The translations under genes and the position numbers were made by a program. The notes under the pieces are model-generated. The model was given only the letters and a program-made list of their open reading frames with translations. It made no database searches and was not told the origin of the DNA. Below are positions 53,302-64,000 of a stretch of 64,000 nt of DNA, one piece after another. The stretch is taken from assembly GCA_951406725.2 (NCBI GenBank), contig OX597819.1:97464001-97528000 (forward strand), read 5' to 3'. Source of the stretch: Octopus vulgaris (lineage: Eukaryota). Numbering within the stretch: the stretch's first letter is position 1; the number at the start of each line of letters is the position of its first letter.

Positions 53302-54335
53302 CATCATCATCATCATCATCATCGTTTAACGTCCGCTTTCCGCGCTAGCACGGGTTGGACGGTTTGACCGGGTCTGGGAAGCCAGGGGCCGCTCCAGGCT
53401 CCAGTCTGAATCTGGCAGAGTTTCTACGGCTGGATGCCCTTCCTAACGCCAACCACTCCGTGAGTGGATTGGGTGCTTTTACGTGCCACCTGCACAGGGG
53501 CCGGAGGGTCCGGCATCGTCACGATCGGTTCGAGCATTTTAACGTGTCAGCGGCACGGGGGCAACGAGGTCCGGGGTACTTTGGGGATCGGGGTATTTTG
53601 GGGATCCAGGGTACTTTGGGGATCCGGGGTACTTTGGGGATCCGGGGTACTTAGAATGGGTAGGGGGTATGTGGAATTGCTGCAGAAAGCAGCCCGGGTC
53701 TTTGTAGTCACAGCATATCTCCAGAGATCTCGGTCCTTCGCCATTGCCTCAGTGAGGCCCAATGCTCTGAGGTCATGCTTGACCACCTCATCCCATGTCT
53801 TCCTGGGTCTACCTCTCCCCCTGATACCTTCAACTGTTTGGGAGTGGCACTTCTTCACACATCTCTCTTCATCCATCCGCAGCACATGACCATACCATCG
53901 CAAGCGTCGCTCTTGCACACCACATCTGATGCTTCTTATATCCAGCATTTCTCTCAGGATACTTACACTCTGTTTTGCGTGCACACTGACACTACACATC
54001 CAGCGGATCATGCTAGCTTCATTTCTTTCAAGTCTACGCATGTCTTCTGCAGTCACAGCCCATGTTTCATTACCGTGAAGCATGGCAGTTCGCACACATG
54101 CATCATATAATCTACCTTTTGCTCTGAGGGAGAGGCCTTTTGTTGCCAGTAGGGGTAGGAGCTTTCTGAACTTTGCCCAGGCTATTCGTATTCTAGTGGT
54201 GATACTCTCTGTGCATCCACCTCCGCTACTAACTTGGTCTCCCAGGTAGCGGAAACTATCAACTACTTCTAGTTTCTCTCCCTGGAGTGTGATGGAATCT
54301 GTTTTCTGAGTGTCTGTTGTGTCTATTGTCCCTGT
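53302..54335 (-). mobile_element. RTE LINE 3' fragment with open frame plus family-3 SINE-like 3' end
   Basis: LEVVDSFRYLGDQVSSGGG..RIRIAWAKF..KGRLYDACVRTAMLHGNETW..RLRWYGHVLRM..RGRGRPRKTW is the RTE-clade RT thumb and C-terminus; no RT core present. Confidence 0.9.
53570..53668 (+). repeat. G-rich minisatellite, about 18 bp unit (ccggggtactttggggat) x4-5
   Basis: Direct reading. Confidence 0.85.
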
Positions 54336-54384
54336 GATGCATATATATATATATATATATATATGCATATATATATATATATGC

Positions 54385-54421
<37 letters not shown>

Positions 54422-54425
54422 TATA

Positions 54426-54760
54426 TCATCATCATCATTTAGCGTCCGTTTTCCATGCTAGCATGGGTTGGACGGTTCAACTGGGGTCTGTGAAGCCGGA
54501 AGGCTGCATCAGGCCCAGTCTGATCTGGCAGTGTTTCTACGGCTGGATGCCCTTCCTAACGCCAACCACTCCGTGAGTGTAGTGGGTGCTTTTTACGTGC
54601 CACCCGCACAGGTGTCAGACGGAGCTGGCAAACGGCCATGAACGGATGGTGCTTTTACGTGCCACTGGCACGGGGGCCAAGCGTGGCTGGCAACGGACAC
54701 GAGCGGATGGTGCTTTTACGTGCCGCCGGCACGGGGCCAGGCGAGGCTGGCTACGGCCAC
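54426..54760 (-). mobile_element. SINE family 3
   Basis: (cat)n tail, family core, three ggtgcttttacgtgcc subrepeats. Confidence 0.8.
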
Positions 54761-54788
54761 ATATATATATATACATATATATACACAC

Positions 54789-54834
<46 letters not shown>

Positions 54835-55373
54835 ACACACACACATATATATATATATACATACACACACATATATATACATCTCTTATTATAAAAGGCA
54901 GATTTTATCTGCCTCCCTTTGGGAGTTATACAAATCTACAATATAGGATTTCTTCAATTACAATTTACCTAGCATTTTTAACAGTACAATGCATCGCGTC
55001 ATGCCAGGTCCAGTTTTTAAAATTTAAACTCCAATTAAGCAAAATTTACAGAAAACTCTGGTGTGTGTGTCAAATGCTTTTCTTAGTCTGGTTTACACCA
55101 CACGCAATTGCACACACACAGTGGGCAACGAATAAAATGAAAGTAAATAGCAACAGAGTGATTTGAGGAAGACTAAACTGAAAGTATTCTGTCTATGACG
55201 CTGATAGATACATGAGTAAAATGTATGGGAAGCTAAGAGTGAGTGAAAATGTTCTTGGAAGAGAGTAAATAGCGAGAGAGAGAGAGAGAGTGATTTGACG
55301 AAGACTTTACATTAAATAACCGTAGTGGCTTGTGTTAGTAATAAAGTAAACATACACTCATACATACATACAT

Positions 55374-55435
<62 letters not shown>

Positions 55436-55699
55436 ACACACACACATACATACATACACACATACATACATACATATACATACATACATACATACATACA
55501 CACACACACATACACACACACACAGTATTGAAGCTTGAGAACAATCAGATACATTTGCAACACATCTGTTGAAAATATTATTGTTCACACACATACATAT
55601 ACATATATACATACAGACAGACAGACATATAGACACACACACACACACATGATCCAGCATGGCCACAACCTCAAGGCTGAAACATATAAAAGAATAACA

Positions 55700-56068
55700 G
55701 AATATAAATGTGTGCAAAGTACAAGAAATATTAATGCAGTATATGGGGATTGGACAATAAGCGTAAGGCAGTGTCAATGGTGGTTCCAGAAATCCCGAGC
55801 CATAAACTACAGCCTAGAAGACGAGCCTCATCCTGAAAGATCTGTAGAACTCGATAAGGACATCCTGAAAACCCTGGTGGAACAAAATCTCATCGTAACT
55901 GTTGAGGAACTAGCAGAGAAGCTTGGATTTGGTCATTCAACCATTCATTGAGACCTGTGTGCTATCGGAAAAGTCAGCAAATTGGGTCAATGGGTTCCTC
56001 ACGAACTTTCCGAGTCTAATTGCATGCAGAGAGTGAATGTATGCTTTTCTTTGCTGTCACATCTCACC
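55700..56068 (+). pseudogene. mariner transposase N-terminal relic
   Basis: RNINAVYGD..QWWFQK..SLEDEP..TVEELAEKLG..STIH*..KLGQWVPHELSE: HTH region plus the mariner WVPHEL motif, with an in-frame stop. Confidence 0.88.
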
Positions 56069-56086
56069 ACTACTGCGCTATGTATA

Positions 56087-56711
56087 TCTATATATATAAA
56101 ACTGTAGTTGTGTGAGTGTCTGTCCCCTTCGATTTAGATTCCTAACTACTCCCACATTTTGCGGTGCAGTTTAACCAAATTCGGGTAGCTTATAGTCGTG
56201 ATTCATATCGAGCCCGTCTGAATATTAGCATGAGTCTACGATTTTAAAAATAATTTAACATCATTTTTTATTCCATTTTAATGCATAATTTTTCGTGTGT
56301 CGATGGCGGCGGAGTTGGCGTCCACGCTCACACCTGCACCTGTGGGGAAGGGAGTGTAAGGAAATCAACGTCGTAATGCGTTGTCAAGGAGACCAGTGTT
56401 CTTTTTAGAACAACGACTTCATGGCTTGAAGACACCAAAACAGAAATGGCTAAGAAAGCGTCTACATGAGTCTACGATTTAAAAAAAATTTACCATCGTT
56501 TTTTTTCCATTTTAATGCATTTTTTCGCTATTATATAAGGGAAGTAACTCTCTAAAAATGTCTACGATGAGTCAACGATTTAAAAAAAAATTTACCATCA
56601 TATTTTTTCCATTTTTAATGCATTTTTTGCTATTTTTTGGCTATAACTCTCTAAAAATGCTTATATAGTTATTTCCTTACAAACCCGAGCAACGCCGGGT
56701 GATACTGCTAG
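56087..56711 (+). mobile_element. Non-autonomous Helitron
   Basis: A|TCTATATATATAAAA 5' end; subterminal hairpin cccgagcaacgccggg; 3' CTAG|T; three internal repeats atgagtctacgatttaaaaa..ccattttaatgcat. Confidence 0.8.
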
Positions 56712-56746
56712 TATATATATATATATACACACACATATATACACAG

Positions 56747-56783
<37 letters not shown>

Positions 56784-56802
56784 TATATATACACATATAT
56801 AT

Positions 56803-56855
<53 letters not shown>

Positions 56856-56864
56856 TATATATAT

Positions 56865-56908
<44 letters not shown>

Positions 56909-56941
56909 CACATATATATATATATACACATATATATATAC

Positions 56942-57020
<79 letters not shown>
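56712..57020. repeat. (TA)n/(CA)n microsatellite block
   Basis: Direct reading; similar blocks at 34980-35940, 54760-54880, 55355-55522 and 57427-57500. Confidence 0.95.
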
Positions 57021-57023
<3 letters not shown>

Positions 57024-57370
57024 CATCATCATCATCATCGTTTAACGTCCGTTCTCCATGCTAGCATGGGTTGGACGGTTCGACCGGGGATCTGGGAAGC
57101 CAGAAGGCTGCACCAGGCTCCAGTCTTATCTGGCAATGTTTCTACAGCTTGATGCCCTTCCTAACGCCAACCACTCCGTGAGTGTAGTGGGTGCTTTTTA
57201 CGTGCCACCTGCACAGGTGCCAGGCGAGGCTGGCAACGGCCACGGTCGGATTGGTGTATTTTATGTGCCACCGGCACGGAAGCCAGTCGAGGCCGCGCTG
57301 GCATCGGCCACAAGTCGGATAGTGCTTTTTACGTACCACCAGACCAGGGATCCTGGCTGGTTCAATTCGA
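57021..57370 (-). mobile_element. SINE family 3
   Basis: (cat)n tail plus family core. Confidence 0.8.
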
Positions 57371-57422
57371 TTTCGCTTTAGCTTGCCCCAACATGTCTTC
57401 GCAAGCAAAGGGGGTTGGCATG

Positions 57423-57503
<81 letters not shown>

Positions 57504-57729
57504 CATACATACGTACAAATAAATGTTACAAACCTCACTAAGGGATAGCAAAATCCTATGAAAGTACTGGTTAGTTACCTATACAAACAATTGAACATTA
57601 CAGTTTACATTCTACTGCAAGGCAACTATATAAACCGCGGTTTATATATATTTATTTATTATAATAAGATAATAAAATAGAGATATAATTAATAAATCAT
57701 TATTTATTTAGTAAAAAATTGACAAACAA

Positions 57730-57825
57730 AACTACCTCTGATGAGATTCGACTTTCAAATCATTTAAAATTTTATTAATTAATTTTCTGTAGGTCTTGAA
57801 TTGAAACAGCTGTAAAAGAGGTTTG
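57730..57825 (+). ncRNA. Hammerhead ribozyme motif inside a long AT-rich hairpin
   Basis: CTGATGA (57738-57744), gattcg/tgaatt helix II, GAAA (57803-57806), cagctg, TA; flanks aaaaaattgacaaac/gtttgtcaatttttt pair. Confidence 0.6.
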
Positions 57826-57865
57826 TCAATTTTTTAGTTAATAAATAATATTTTATTAATTATCT

Positions 57866-58125
57866 CGCCTGGCCCCTGTGCCGGTGGCACATAAAAAGCA
57901 CCATCCGTCCGTGGCTGTTTCCCAGCTCTGTCTGGCACCTGTGCGGGTGGCATGTAAAAAGCACCCACTACACTCACGGAGTGGTTGGCGTTAGGAAAGG
58001 CATCCAGCCGTAGAAACACTGCCAGATCAGACTGGGCCTGATGCAGCCTTCCGGCTTCACAGACCCCAGTTGAACCGTCCAACCCATGCTAGCATGGAAA
58101 GCGGACGCAAAATGATGATGATGAT
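57866..58125 (+). mobile_element. SINE family 3
   Basis: Family core plus (atg)n tail. Confidence 0.8.
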
Positions 58126-58194
58126 GTCTGTCTATATATATGTATGTGTGTATATATATATATATATGTATGTGTGTGTATATATATATATGTA

Positions 58195-58235
<41 letters not shown>

Positions 58236-58284
58236 ATATATATATGTATGTGTATATATACATATATATATTTATAAAATAAAT

Positions 58285-58491
58285 AAATGCGCCCTTTTTA
58301 AAGCCTAACTAGGCTCATGGGCCCGGTTTCCATGGCATATGTGTTCCCCAGCTGGATGGGACACCAGTCCATCACAGCGTTACTCATTTTTGCCAGCTGA
58401 GTGGACTGAACGCGTCGCCCAGTCCAGAAATCGAAACTACAATCTTACGATCATGATGCTGACACCCTAACCACTAAGCCACGTGCCTCCA
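58285..58491 (-). mobile_element. tRNA-derived SINE related to family 4
   Basis: Minus strand ggaggcacgtggcttagtggttagggtg..gtttcgatttc..ccactcagctggcaaaaatgag. Confidence 0.7.
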
Positions 58492-58733
58492 CACACACAC
58501 ACATATATATAAAAATATATAATAAAATATTAGGGAATAAATCCAAACTTACAGGGAAAAATCAGATTTAGGATTGAATCCAATTTTATAGTAAAATATT
58601 ATATTATATTAAATTAGAGATAAAACCACTATTAGGCAAATCATACAATGAAAAACTTAAGCCAATACATAAGATTAATTAATTTATATTATTTAAATAT
58701 ATATCAAAATTATTAAAAAAGATAATTAATATA

Positions 58734-58798
58734 ACACTACGATCGTTTCATGGCTGTTCAATTCTTAAAATTTTCGAGTTACAGTCATTCTTCAGGTG
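58734..58798 (-). ncRNA. Minimal hammerhead ribozyme, antisense arm of palindrome
   Basis: Minus strand cac-CTGAAGA-atgactgt..acagccat-GAAA-cgatcg-TA-gtg. Confidence 0.78.
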
Positions 58799-58846
58799 GT
58801 TTAAATATTTAACTTGGCGAGGTTTAATCAAGTTAAATATTTAAAC

Positions 58847-58910
58847 CACCTGAAGAATGACTGTAACTCGAAAATTTTAAGAATTGAACAGCCATGAAAC
58901 GATCGTCGTG
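58847..58910 (+). ncRNA. Minimal hammerhead ribozyme, sense arm of palindrome
   Basis: cac, CTGAAGA (58850-58856), atgactgt/acagccat helix II, GAAA (58896-58899), palindromic cgatcg, TC, gtg; GUC triplet and cac/gtg helix I. Confidence 0.8.
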
Positions 58911-58920
58911 TTATATTTAT

Positions 58921-59702
58921 CATCATCATCATCATCATCGTTTAGCGTCCGTTTTCCATGCTAGCATGGGTTGGACGGTTCTACTGGGGTCTGTGAAGCC
59001 AGAAGGCTTCATCAGGCCCAGTCAAATCTGGCAGTGTTTCTACGGCTGGATGCCCTTCCTAACGCCAACCACTCCGAGAGTGTAGTGGGTGCTTTTTACG
59101 TGCCACCCGCACAGGTGCCAGACAGAGCTGGCAAACGGCCACGAACGGATAGTGCTTTTTATGTGCCACCGGCACGAGGGCCAGGCGAGGCTGGCAACGG
59201 ACACGAAACGGGGCGGTGCTGGCAACGGTCGCGAAACGGAAGGTTCTCTTACATGCCACCGGCACTGGTAACACATTTGCAATTTCCATTGATCGATTTC
59301 GATTCTGATCCTCACTTGCCTCAACGGGTCTTCACATGTAGAGTTTCGACATGCCACCGACACTGGTAACACATCTGCAATTTCCATTGATCGATTTCGA
59401 TTCTGATCCTCACTTGCCTCAACAGGTCTTCACAAGTAGAGTTTTGTGTCCCAAGAAGGGAAGGTATGCATACGTAGGCTGGCTCCATCCCATGTAGAAG
59501 GCCACGGGTTATGGACTCACTTGTCCTGCCGGGTTTTCTCGCGCACAGCACACTTCCAGAGGACTCGGTCTCTAGTCATTTCCTCAGTGAGACCTAAAGT
59601 TCGAAGGTCGTGCTTCACCACCTCGTCCCAGGTTTTCCTGGGTCTGCCTCTTCCACAGGTTCCCTCAACTGCTAGGGTATGGCACTTTTTCACACAACTA
59701 TC
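58921..59702 (-). mobile_element. Family-3 SINE-like end plus short RTE 3' fragment, with about 100 bp internal tandem duplication (59250-59435)
   Basis: (cat)n tail; ttcgaaggtcgtgcttcaccacctcgtcccaggttttcctgggtctgcctct encodes RGRPRKTWDEVVKHDL on the - strand. Confidence 0.8.
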
Positions 59703-61674
59703 TGATGATGATGATGATGAGAATAAAAGTATATCAATGTATTTGATGTGTAGTGAGATTAATTTGGAATCAACTGTTCTTGCTTCATCTGGAATTGTTC
59801 TTTAGATAATAACACTAAATTTTACAATGACATGTGTACTTTACCCATACATAACCCTTTTGCACCCCAGTAGATTATGTTTCCATGCCAACACATCCTG
59901 ATACCCTACGACTGTTCTACCTCATGTCAGGCAATTAATCTAAGTTGCACCAGTTCTGTACTAATTAGCCCTAGTAGCAAATGTGCTTCATGACATAACT
60001 CAAACAATGGATGACTGAAATCATCTCCCTAGGTATGTCCCTTCCATTCCCTCATGCAATCTAAACATCCCCATTGTCCCAAGTGGGAAACACTGCCTAC
60101 CCACTACTTCACAACCAAAATGACTTAATTATCAACACTCTCATAAAGCATACCTCCATGTTTTCTGCTCACTTTATTTCTAGTCCTACATTACACAGAA
60201 TCAACACAACTCCTCTAAAACAGCTACTCTATCCTACACACATGCTCACACACACACACATACCCCTTCCATACGCACAATTGCTAAATGCAAAATCAAC
60301 TAAATAAAGTCTCTCCAATAATCCTTAAATTGTGCTTCGGTATCAGTCTCTATTCTTATAAAATACTTGAGTATTTGAGTACCGAAATCTATTTCAGGTT
60401 TTAGAGGACATCTTAGAGTGTATCTCTTTTTAAAGAAAAGCAAGCTCCTTGACCCTGCCAACTTCCACAGCCCTATTGCTTTCCATTAACAATCAATTTC
60501 TTCATCATCTTCACTCACTCACTCTCTCTCTCTCACACCCTCTCTCTTTCTCTCTCTGTTATCACCAGTATGGCTTTTGTAGAACCAGATCAATTATATA
60601 CTTGCTTCCCTATATCACTGCTTAGTGGTCTGTTCATTTCTACAATGACAAATTTTTAGCTAAGCTATTCACTTAAGGGCTTTATCAGCTTTTCTTTTTC
60701 AGATTAGAAAACTTGTCAGATTACAGCCTCCACTGACAGATTTCTCTCCAACTTACATTCTCTCAACTTTTCTGAACCCCAAGTTTAATGTCATCTCCCA
60801 GTCTTCTTTCTGTACCCCAACAACCTTTTGGCTGTCACTTCTAACCACACACTCATATTTGTACACACATGAGATATCGACCTCCATTATCCTTTACCTT
60901 TCTGCACACAGGTGTACTTCATATGCAGTCTATACGCTTCATGTCAGGTTCACACTGTTGAAATTAACGGAGGCTGCAAAAAACTTCTTTCAGTGGAAAC
61001 CTCACATCCCTAGCAACAATACAAATACACATTTTATTTTATATATATTGAGGTAACACTGTTGTACCTCACTTTTTCTCTGCATGAGCAATACACAACT
61101 AAACCCTTTAAACATGCTACAGATGTTAGGTCTAACAATCTCTAATAATCTTTTATTGTAATTTCTCACACATACAACATTATGCCAAAACCCCATCTCT
61201 AAGACACATTCCTTTTTGGAGACAAAAATAATTTAATCCCAATTACTTCCTCCCAATAAGGTCGAATAGCTGCAGTGACACTGAAGAGGTGATTCTTGTA
61301 TCTAGGATGCTGTTGTTGTTGGTACACATGTACATCTCATTAGAACAAAAGGTCATCAGGCAAGGATCTATTCACCAACATATTACAGCCACTGCCTTAA
61401 AGACATATGGTCTCTTCTCGATACATCTTCTATTGCTGCTAAAATAGCTTCAACATAGTTTTCTACAGAACTGTCTTGCCTTGTGCATCACAGCTTCCAG
61501 GCCTAATACTTCCTCATAAATCTTCATCTCTTGAAATATTCTCCACCTCTACATTTTTCTCAGACACTAGCCTACAACATAAACCATATCACTCTCGCAA
61601 GTCTACGGACATTTTTTTTACAAATGTAGCCATTACTCCACCGCCTCCCAAGAAGTTTGCTTTGATAAAATCAA

Positions 61675-62016
61675 AATCAAAATCGATCAACATCAATGGA
61701 AATTATAGCTGTGATACCAGTGCCGGTGGCACATAAGAGAATCATCCAAACATAGCCGTTGCCAGCACCGCCCCGACTGGCTTCCGTGCCAGTGGCACGT
61801 AAAAAGCACCATCTGATCATGGTCGTTTGCCAGCCTCGTCTGGCACGTAAAAAGCACCCACTACACTCATGGAATGGTTGGCATTAGGAAGGGCATCCAG
61901 CCGTAAAAACATTGCCAGATCAGACTAGGCCTGGTGCAGCCTTCTGGCTTCCCAGACCCCAGTTGAACTGTCCAACCCATGCCTGCATGGAAAGCGGATG
62001 CTAAACGATGATGATG
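61675..62016 (+). mobile_element. SINE family 3
   Basis: Colinear with 25455-25818. Confidence 0.8.
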
Positions 62017-62024
62017 ACAATCTT

Positions 62025-62405
62025 GGCTGTGTGGTAAGAAGTTTACTTTCCGACCCCATGGTTCTGAGTTCAGTCCCATTGTGCAGCACTTTGAGCACGC
62101 ATCTTCTATTATAGCTCCAAGTTGACCAATGTCTTGTAGACAGAAACTAGAAGAAGCCCATCATATACATGTGTGTATCTTTGTATTTATCTTCACCATT
62201 TGATATCTGGTGTTGGTTTGTTTACACCCCTATAACTTAGCAATTTAGCAAAAAAAAAAAAAAAAGAAAAGAAAAACAGATAGAATCAGTACCAGGTTTT
62301 AAAAAATATAGGTTGATTTGTTGAACTAAATTTCAAGGTGATGCCTCAGCATATCACCAGCATGGACTGCAGGTCCATTGATTGAAACAAGCAAAAGATA
62401 AAAAG
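62025..62405 (+). mobile_element. SINE family 2, diverged
   Basis: ggctgtgtggtaag head and ccagcatggactgcag..tgattgaaacaag tail. Confidence 0.65.
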
Positions 62406-62511
62406 ACTCTATTGTTTTAAGGAGTTTTTGGTATTAAGTTTTATCAGTATGATGTTTCGTTTTGGGATTTGGTTTGCAAGATTCTTTATATGAGTTCGTG
62501 TGTTGAAACAT

Positions 62512-62707
62512 ATTCTGTTGTATCTGGGGAGAGTAATTTTCTTTTTGTGCCTTATGATTTAACACACTCACCGGTAAAATTTCCACTTATTTCTTATTTT
62601 TATTTATTTATTTTTTTATTTTAAGAAATAAGTGGAAATTTTACCGGTGAGCGTGTTAAATCATAAGGCACAAAAAGAAAATGACTCTCCCCAGACACAA
62701 CAGTATG
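62512..62707. repeat. Inverted repeat with arms of about 85 bp
   Basis: ctgttgtatctggggagag..ccggtaaaatttccacttatttctta is mirrored by taagaaataagtggaaattttaccgg..ctctccccagacacaacag. Confidence 0.9.
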
Positions 62708-63807
62708 ATGTTATTTCAGGCAAATGTATCAATGATTTCACATATTTTCTCATGGTACTGATTAACTCACTCCTGTGTGCTGCTAGAAAACCCAAATGCT
62801 ATGATATCTCAAAATGACTCACCTTAATCATCATATCTTTCTCAAGCTACACAGCTTCAAATCACTTCAAAATTCATGTTAATGTTGTTGATCAAATGTT
62901 AATGATTTGAACGTTATTACAGGTATCTCTATTGAAACACATCTAAAATCTATGATGGACTTTATGGTTGCTATTGACTACAAAGATGGATTATTTTTGT
63001 TAATGGTTTATTGCACTGCTGATAACCATATGATAAATGTAGTGGTTTATCTCATTGCTGATAACATCTGAGATGGTGTTGCTGTTATGCATGCTGACAT
63101 CCTGGATTACATCAGGAGACAGACCACCCCATCACTAACAGACACTTTCCAGCATCTGGCCTCACAAGTGTGCTACTCCTCTCTCTGCCTTTTCTATTGC
63201 TATAATAATGGCCTTCGTTCCTTAGATTTGGCTGCTTTCGTACCCTGACCACTAAGGTACTCCTTTCCCACTCATCTCGCCACCCCTTGTGCACTTAACT
63301 ATTCCTTTCTCTGCACCCAATCACTACACCCAATACTTCTTTCCCAGAACATCAACCCTCTGGATTCTTTTCCCTGTTCATATCCTTCCTGCAGGCATTA
63401 ATCTACAACAGTTTAAACAGAACATTTAATGGCAGCAGTTTCTGCTTGTGAAAAAATGTTATATGATAACCATAGCAATTTATCTGTATGTTGCTAGTTA
63501 TATGATAGCCATCACAATTTTATTTCACTGCAATGAACTACATGAAAACCATAGTGCTCTATGATAGAAATGAATGTGGAAGGAAGTAGAGGAAGGGAAC
63601 AACCAAGAAAGATACAACTGAAGATGCCACACAAAGAAATGTGGACAAAAGGGTTTTGTAGTTAAGTTTGGGTAATAGGAACATAGGTAACAGTGATGTT
63701 ATTTGCATAAGATTGTATGTATATTTCATTGAGGTGTATACAGAAAGATTGTGTAGGTATGATTTAAAAAGAAAACCAAACAAAAGATTTGGAATTTATT
63801 ATTTAAC

Positions 63808-64000
63808 CATCATCATCGTTTAATGTCCGTTCTCCATGCTAGCATGGGTTGAACAGAAGGCTGCACCAGGCTCTAGTCTGATCTGGCAGTGTTTCTACAG
63901 CTGGATGCCCTTCCTAACGTCAACCACTCCGAGAGTGTAGTGGGTGCGTTTTACGTGCCACCGACACAGGTGCCAAGCGAGGCTGGCAACGGCCATGATC
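63808..64000 (-). mobile_element. SINE family 3, runs off the window
   Basis: (cat)n tail plus family core. Confidence 0.75.

Overview
AT-rich eukaryotic genomic DNA, most likely an octopus or other coleoid cephalopod (inferred from dense tRNA-derived SINEs, RTE fragments and (TA)n/(CA)n tracts). There are two convergent loci. (1) The last two coding exons and 3' UTR of a LENG8 (SAC3/GANP/THP3 family) gene on the + strand. (2) A 14-exon, about 33.5 kb minus-strand locus (50216 to 16690) derived from a GIN1/Ginger-type Gypsy integrase, reconstructed by hand with GT-AG, phase-consistent junctions. ORF-A (about 605 aa) has a GIN1-like N-terminus, an H2C2 domain, an integrase core lacking two of the three catalytic residues, and AT-hook-like motifs. 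ORF-B (about 861 aa) has two more H2C2 modules, an acidic linker and six C2H2 zinc fingers. The main finding is that the two ORFs are separated only by one UAG, 6 nt before a phase-0 donor that splices in frame into ORF-B. This UAG falls at the apparent conserved Trp of the integrase GPY/F motif and can pair with an intronic CCA, giving an A:C mismatch. It is a candidate A-to-I editing (amber to Trp) switch making a fusion of about 1467 aa; this is inference and needs RNA data. The repeats include several Penelope-type minimal hammerhead ribozymes inside inverted repeats (one palindrome carries one on each strand), a non-autonomous Helitron, a mariner relic, RTE/CR1 relics and at least four SINE families. 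Repeat boundaries are approximate.
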